Origin: an uncultured delta proteobacterium
GTDB taxonomy: Bacteria > Desulfobacterota > Desulfomonilia > UBA1062
DNA length: 45,861 nucleotides
Reading direction: 5' to 3'
Assembly (NCBI GenBank): GCA_963752595.1
Contig: CAVVYZ010000012.1
Coordinates: forward strand, 1-45,861
How positions within the stretch are numbered: the first letter of the stretch is position 1; every line of letters begins with the position of its first letter. A model generated the notes under the pieces. It was not told where the DNA came from and searched no databases. It worked only from the letters and a program-made list of their open reading frames with translations. The translations under genes were made by a program, and so were the position numbers. Below, one piece after another: positions 42,165-45,861 of this stretch.

Positions 42165-42370
42165 GGTTATAAAAATGGTCCTTTATCTTGTCGGAAAAGA
42201 AATACATTCTTCATCCAAGTCATCGATACATTGTGATCCGGTTGAAACGACCCCCACAGTTTTCAGTTGTTAAACCTTTGACCTGATTCGGATAGGATCC
42301 TTAATGGAAAATGAGTGCCGGGACTGGTACGCCCGGCACCATCGGAATCTTAAGAAAGAGCTTCAACGGT

Positions 42371-42413
42371 AAAAAAACAAAAAAGCCGCTATCCGTTACC
42401 TCCGGATGGCGGC
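42371..42413 (-). terminator. Intrinsic terminator overlapping the 3' end of the putative aptamer
   Basis: Minus strand GCCGCCATCCG-GAGGTAA-CGGATAGCGGC followed by TTTTTTGTTTTTTT. Confidence 0.85.
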
Positions 42414-42452
42414 CCGACCATCACTATCCTTCGGCATTGAGCCGAACCCTTG
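42408..42452 (-). ncRNA. Putative Na+/Li+ riboswitch aptamer (DUF1646- or nhaA-I-like motif)
   Basis: Minus strand AAGGGTTCGGCTCAATGCCGAAGGATAGTGATGGTCGGGCCGCC: TTCGGC/GCCGAA hairpin, a GUGA-capped small stem and a 3' TGGTCGGGCCGCC that I recall as typical of these motifs; it lies between a promoter and a terminator. Confidence 0.55.
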
Positions 42453-42467
42453 TTATCTTTACTTTGT

Positions 42468-42496
42468 TTTTTACAATAAGGGCGATGTCTTGTCAA
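42468..42496 (-). promoter_or_regulatory. Sigma70 promoter driving the riboswitch leader
   Basis: Minus strand TTGACA (42496-42491), 17-nt spacer, TAAAAA; the predicted start is ~10 nt before the aptamer. Confidence 0.6.
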
Positions 42497-42606
42497 GGCG
42501 GTTAATATAATATATGATCTTAACCTATTAATAAACAAGTATGTATTGATTAATATTCAAATGATTGGTATACAAATGAACAAAGATTCTTCGGGAAGAG
42601 AGACAT

Positions 42607-43119
42607 ATGGGTAGAAAGACCTTAGTAATAGCCGACATCATCGACAACCTGCGCCGGGTATTCCAGGTGGTCAACGAACAGTCCAAGAAGGCTGAGTTCG
42701 CGACCGGACTAACCGGCCCCCAACTCTGGGCCATCAAGATCATAGCCGATTCCGGCCCGATCAGGGTCTCGGACCTGGCCGGCAAGATGTACCTTCATCC
42801 GGCCACGGTAGTGGGCATACTCGACCGGCTCGAATCCCACGGTATGGTGGAAAGGGTTCGCTCCACGGATGACCGGCGGGTCGTGAAGGTTGATCTGACC
42901 GATTCCGGACATGAACTCGTCTCCAAGTCACCGGAGGTTGCCCAGGGCCTGCTCGTCGCCGGATTAGAAGTCCTGCCGGGCAAAGAACTCGAAAGCATTG
43001 CGACCGGGCTGGATCACCTTGTGAAGATACTGGGCGCTCAGAAGCTTCCGCCACAGCTGATCCTTTCACCGGAAGTCAATCTATCAAGGAAGAAAGCGAG
43101 GGCGATTCATAAAATGTAA
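42607..43119 (+). CDS. MarR family transcriptional regulator
   Basis: GLTGPQLWAI...VSDLAGKMYLHPATVVGILDRLESHGMVERVRSTDDRRVVKVDLT. Confidence 0.93.
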   Translation: MGRKTLVIADIIDNLRRVFQVVNEQSKKAEFATGLTGPQLWAIKIIADSGPIRVSDLAGKMYLHPATVVGILDRLESHGMVERVRSTDDRRVVKVDLTDSGHELVSKSPEVAQGLLVAGLEVLPGKELESIATGLDHLVKILGAQKLPPQLILSPEVNLSRKKARAIHKM

Positions 43120-43256
43120 AAATTGAGTGGATTGGGACGCCTATGTTTTCTCCGCGTCGGTTTCACTTAGGAGAAAACCGTCTTTTGTTTGGAAGGGATA
43201 AATAATTCTGAAGAGGAGAAGCTGTTCATTCTACTACGGAAGTTATGTGAGGAATT

Positions 43257-43735
43257 ATGAAATTGACGGGGAAACTTGTGAATATTCTAAAGGATCGTAA
43301 GGCATTATTTTCCTTGTTCCTTTATTTGGCCCTACTGGTTGGTTCCGGTATTTACTGGAGTCTGGATCTTCAAAAGAATGATACTGCCGGAATCTCGAAG
43401 GAGCGGAGCAGGATTACTACCGGGCTGCCCGGAAAATTCTGGATAAAACGATAGACACAAAAGGGAAGGGGTATACTGTTGAAAAGGGAGCTACCTTTTC
43501 GGGCCTGCTGAAAGAAAACGGCGTGCCCAAGGAGGAAGCGCTGTTCATAAACAATAAAACAAAATCCATTTTTGATTTTTTCAGGACCCCGCCGGGAAAC
43601 GAGATTCGATTGATTATCCGCTCGAAATCAGGATCTCATCAAGATTGATCACGAGATTTCCGACCTGGAATATCTTGAGATAAAAGTTCTGACGACCGGA
43701 TTACAGCGCTCAGGATTGAGAAAGATGAAGAGTAG
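43257..43735 (+). pseudogene. Fragment of an M23/OapA-like peptidoglycan peptidase N-terminus
   Basis: TM anchor, then in a shifted frame YTVEKGATFSGLLKENGV...SIFDF...PGNEIRL, ending before any catalytic domain. Confidence 0.45.
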
Positions 43736-44091
43736 AATAGTATTACTGCTGCTTATAGCAACTGTTTCCAGAGACACCTGCTTTGATCGGCTGCCCTGGA
43801 CCGGTAAGCAATGGGATGTCGTGTAAAAAATCTGTGTCTGTAATAATCTTTATTTTATCCTTTCAAAGGATATCCTATCAGTTTCCTATTGGATGGGGCG
43901 GAGAAGGAAGGGATAATAATGAGAGGGATACACAAGTCATTATGCCTGCCAAGCTTATATACTTTCCATATTATTCCTGGTCCATTTTCATCTTCCATCA
44001 GCACAAGGTAGGCATCAAACCACTAAAATGTAAAAAGATGATAATTGTGAACTGTTTCTTAAAAGGGAAAATACGAAGTAATTGTGGAAAC

Positions 44092-45552
44092 CTAGTACTA
44101 CAGTAGTGGAGTAGGACATCGGACTTTGGATTCCTATATGCATTTTTTGAGAGAGAAACTCAGGAGAGGAGCACGCAATGGGAGAAGAAGACGAAGGACG
44201 ATGGAGCAGTGGTCTCAGGCTTTTGAAGAGATAGAGAGCCGAATACATCATCTGTTTGCCCGGTATCAAAGCCGAGAGCGGGCGATGCAATATATGAAGA
44301 GGACTCTGAGCCCTGTGGAGCGGAAGAATTCCTGGCAGCCGGCAGAGGCAGCGGAAGAGAAAGACCCTTACCGAATCCGGTATCTGCTGGGGAAAGCGGA
44401 CTGGGACCCGGACGCCATGAGAGATGATCTTATCGAGTACATGGGGATCACGTTCAGGATACTGATGGGGTCATTGTGGTGGATGAGACGGGATTCTTAA
44501 AGAAAGGCACGCGCTCGGCAGGGTTTGCCGTCAGTACAGCGGGACTGTGGCGAATTGAGACAGCCAGATCGGCGTGTTTGCAGCATATGTCACCGCTAGT
44601 GACCATATACTTATTGACCGGGAGCTCTATCTGCCCAAAGAGTGGATGGAAGATGCCAAGAGGCGGTCATCGGTAGGGATCCTGAGAGAGGAAGTTCAGC
44701 AAGCCGAAGCTTGCCCGGATGATGATAGAGCGGATTATCTTCTCCGGCCTTGCGTTCAAGTGGGTAGCCGGTGACTCCGTGTACGGCGATGACCGCAGCT
44801 TACGCATATGGCTTGAGGAGAGGGAAAGGCATATGTGTTTGCCGTGTCGGGAAAGGAATAAGTCTTTGTTGGATTTAACCGATACCGGGTTAGCGATATC
44901 CTCGCATCTCTGCCCAAGAAGGGCTGGTGAGGATGAGCGCAGGGGATAAATCGAAAGGACCGCGGATGTATAACTGGTTACTCCTTGAAACCAACTCCCC
45001 ATTACGCAAGGGATGGAAGAGATGGCTGCTGGTGAGGCGGAGCGTGAATGATCCCAAAGAGATTAAAGCACACGTTGCCTGCGCTCCTGCACAGACAGAG
45101 CTCTCCGAGCTCGACCGGATTGCCGGGGTCCGGTGGGCTATTGAGGTGAGCTTTGAGGATGCGAAGCAGGAGACCGGGCTTGACGAGTATGAGGTCCGGT
45201 CCTTTTCCGGGTGGTACCGGCACATACACATTCTAATGTTTGCCTATGCCCTTGGGAGTGTGCTCAAGGGGAGCGCCGGGAGGCGGTTAAAAAAACCAGC
45301 CTGTCAGCAAGGGGAGCCTTGCTCACTTCAAACGGCATTAAGTCTTGGGCTCCTGTCTCCCTTTCAACAGTGGGAGAGGATAAGGCAGACTCCTGTGGGA
45401 TCCTCCCTGAGGGAGAGTAGAAGCTTCCCAGAACTGATACTTACCTGGTCCCATTTCCAAAGGACTCATTGGGCCATTGCCAGGTATTACCATTACAAAA
45501 AACAACATGCCCTGGATTCACTGTCTGAAGCTTTACTACTGTGAGTACTCAG
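44092..45552 (+). mobile_element. Decayed IS701-family element
   Basis: Left end CTAGTACTACAGTAGT and degenerate right end ACTACTGTGAGTACTCAG; transposase fragments ERKNSW, WDPDAMRDDL, VDETGFLKKG, DRELYLPKEW, AGDSVYG, RWAIEVSFEDAKQETGLDEYEVR. Confidence 0.85.
44201..45544 (+). pseudogene. IS701 transposase pseudogene
   Basis: Split across at least 5 ORF pieces, with deletions and substituted consensus residues. Confidence 0.8.
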
Positions 45553-45861
45553 GGAAGGGGTGTAGCTATTTCAGGCACTCTTTTAAATAGACAGCATGCA
45601 TTAGAAAACAACTGATTCGCTATGTGGATCTGAGTGACTCAATATAATCCCTATGCAATTATTCGTCAAAACATCTTTTTCAAGATATAGCCGGGTTAAC
45701 AAAAAACAATGACCATGTTTTACAAACAGTGCACTCGCGATAGAATTTGCATCCGTCTTTATGGACGCGCTCCTTTGTGCCCATGTTTATCACAAGTGAT
45801 ATTAATGGGGGTGTTGCCGTCACAGGAGAGGCACTTGAAGTAATAACCGAATTTGCCGTAC

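Larger units (their letters stand above)
23519..45861. mobile_element. Decayed tRNA-Leu-anchored accessory/genomic island (right end not defined)
   Basis: Abrupt change after the tRNA 3' end: ArdC remnant, R-M system, two IS elements, pseudogenes and mosaic base composition. No integrase or attR seen. Confidence 0.55.

Noticed and set aside
42333-42342. CCGGCACCAT matching the tRNA-Leu 3' end as a possible attR
   Set aside because: Only 10 bp, part of a local hairpin and plausible by chance; accessory material continues beyond it.
43783-44106. 107-aa ORF and short antisense frames left of IS701
   Set aside because: No recognisable motif or SD; AT-rich remnant DNA, so no product can be supported.

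Overview
Bacterial chromosomal window, most likely from an anaerobic Desulfobacterota/deltaproteobacterium (inferred from gene families and style). Many single-base indels break housekeeping genes (gap, ilvD, polA, acyl-CoA dehydrogenase, hsdM/hsdR), which looks like unpolished long-read error. Bases 1-23.5 kb are core genome: carB (partial), gap with a stand-alone GAF gene, a translationally coupled ilvD-amrS-small ORF-M18 aminopeptidase-pseudo-histidine kinase-NUDIX-polA run, acyl-CoA dehydrogenase, serC, TetR, a four-gene TPAT/TRAP transporter, an FKBP PPIase, a crotonase, an FGGY kinase, an FN3 surface protein and tRNA-Leu(CAA). Right after the tRNA a decayed accessory island begins: an ArdC-like remnant, an AT-rich PD-(D/E)XK nuclease with a putative reader domain, and a type I R-M system with two tandem methyltransferases (NPPF and NPPY, the m6A/m4C heterodimer subtype) with a DUF4062-HATPase-HTH gene between hsdM2 and hsdS. 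It continues with an IS3 element truncating a cyclase-like gene, a salt-stress module (ClC antiporter, gpgS, ggs-like, gpgP, degenerate sensor kinase) headed by a promoter, a Na+/Li+-riboswitch-like aptamer and a terminator, a divergent MarR, an M23 peptidase fragment and a decayed IS701. The best candidates for novelty are the layered defence locus and the cation-riboswitch-led osmolyte module. Family assignments come from motif recognition only; no database searches were run.
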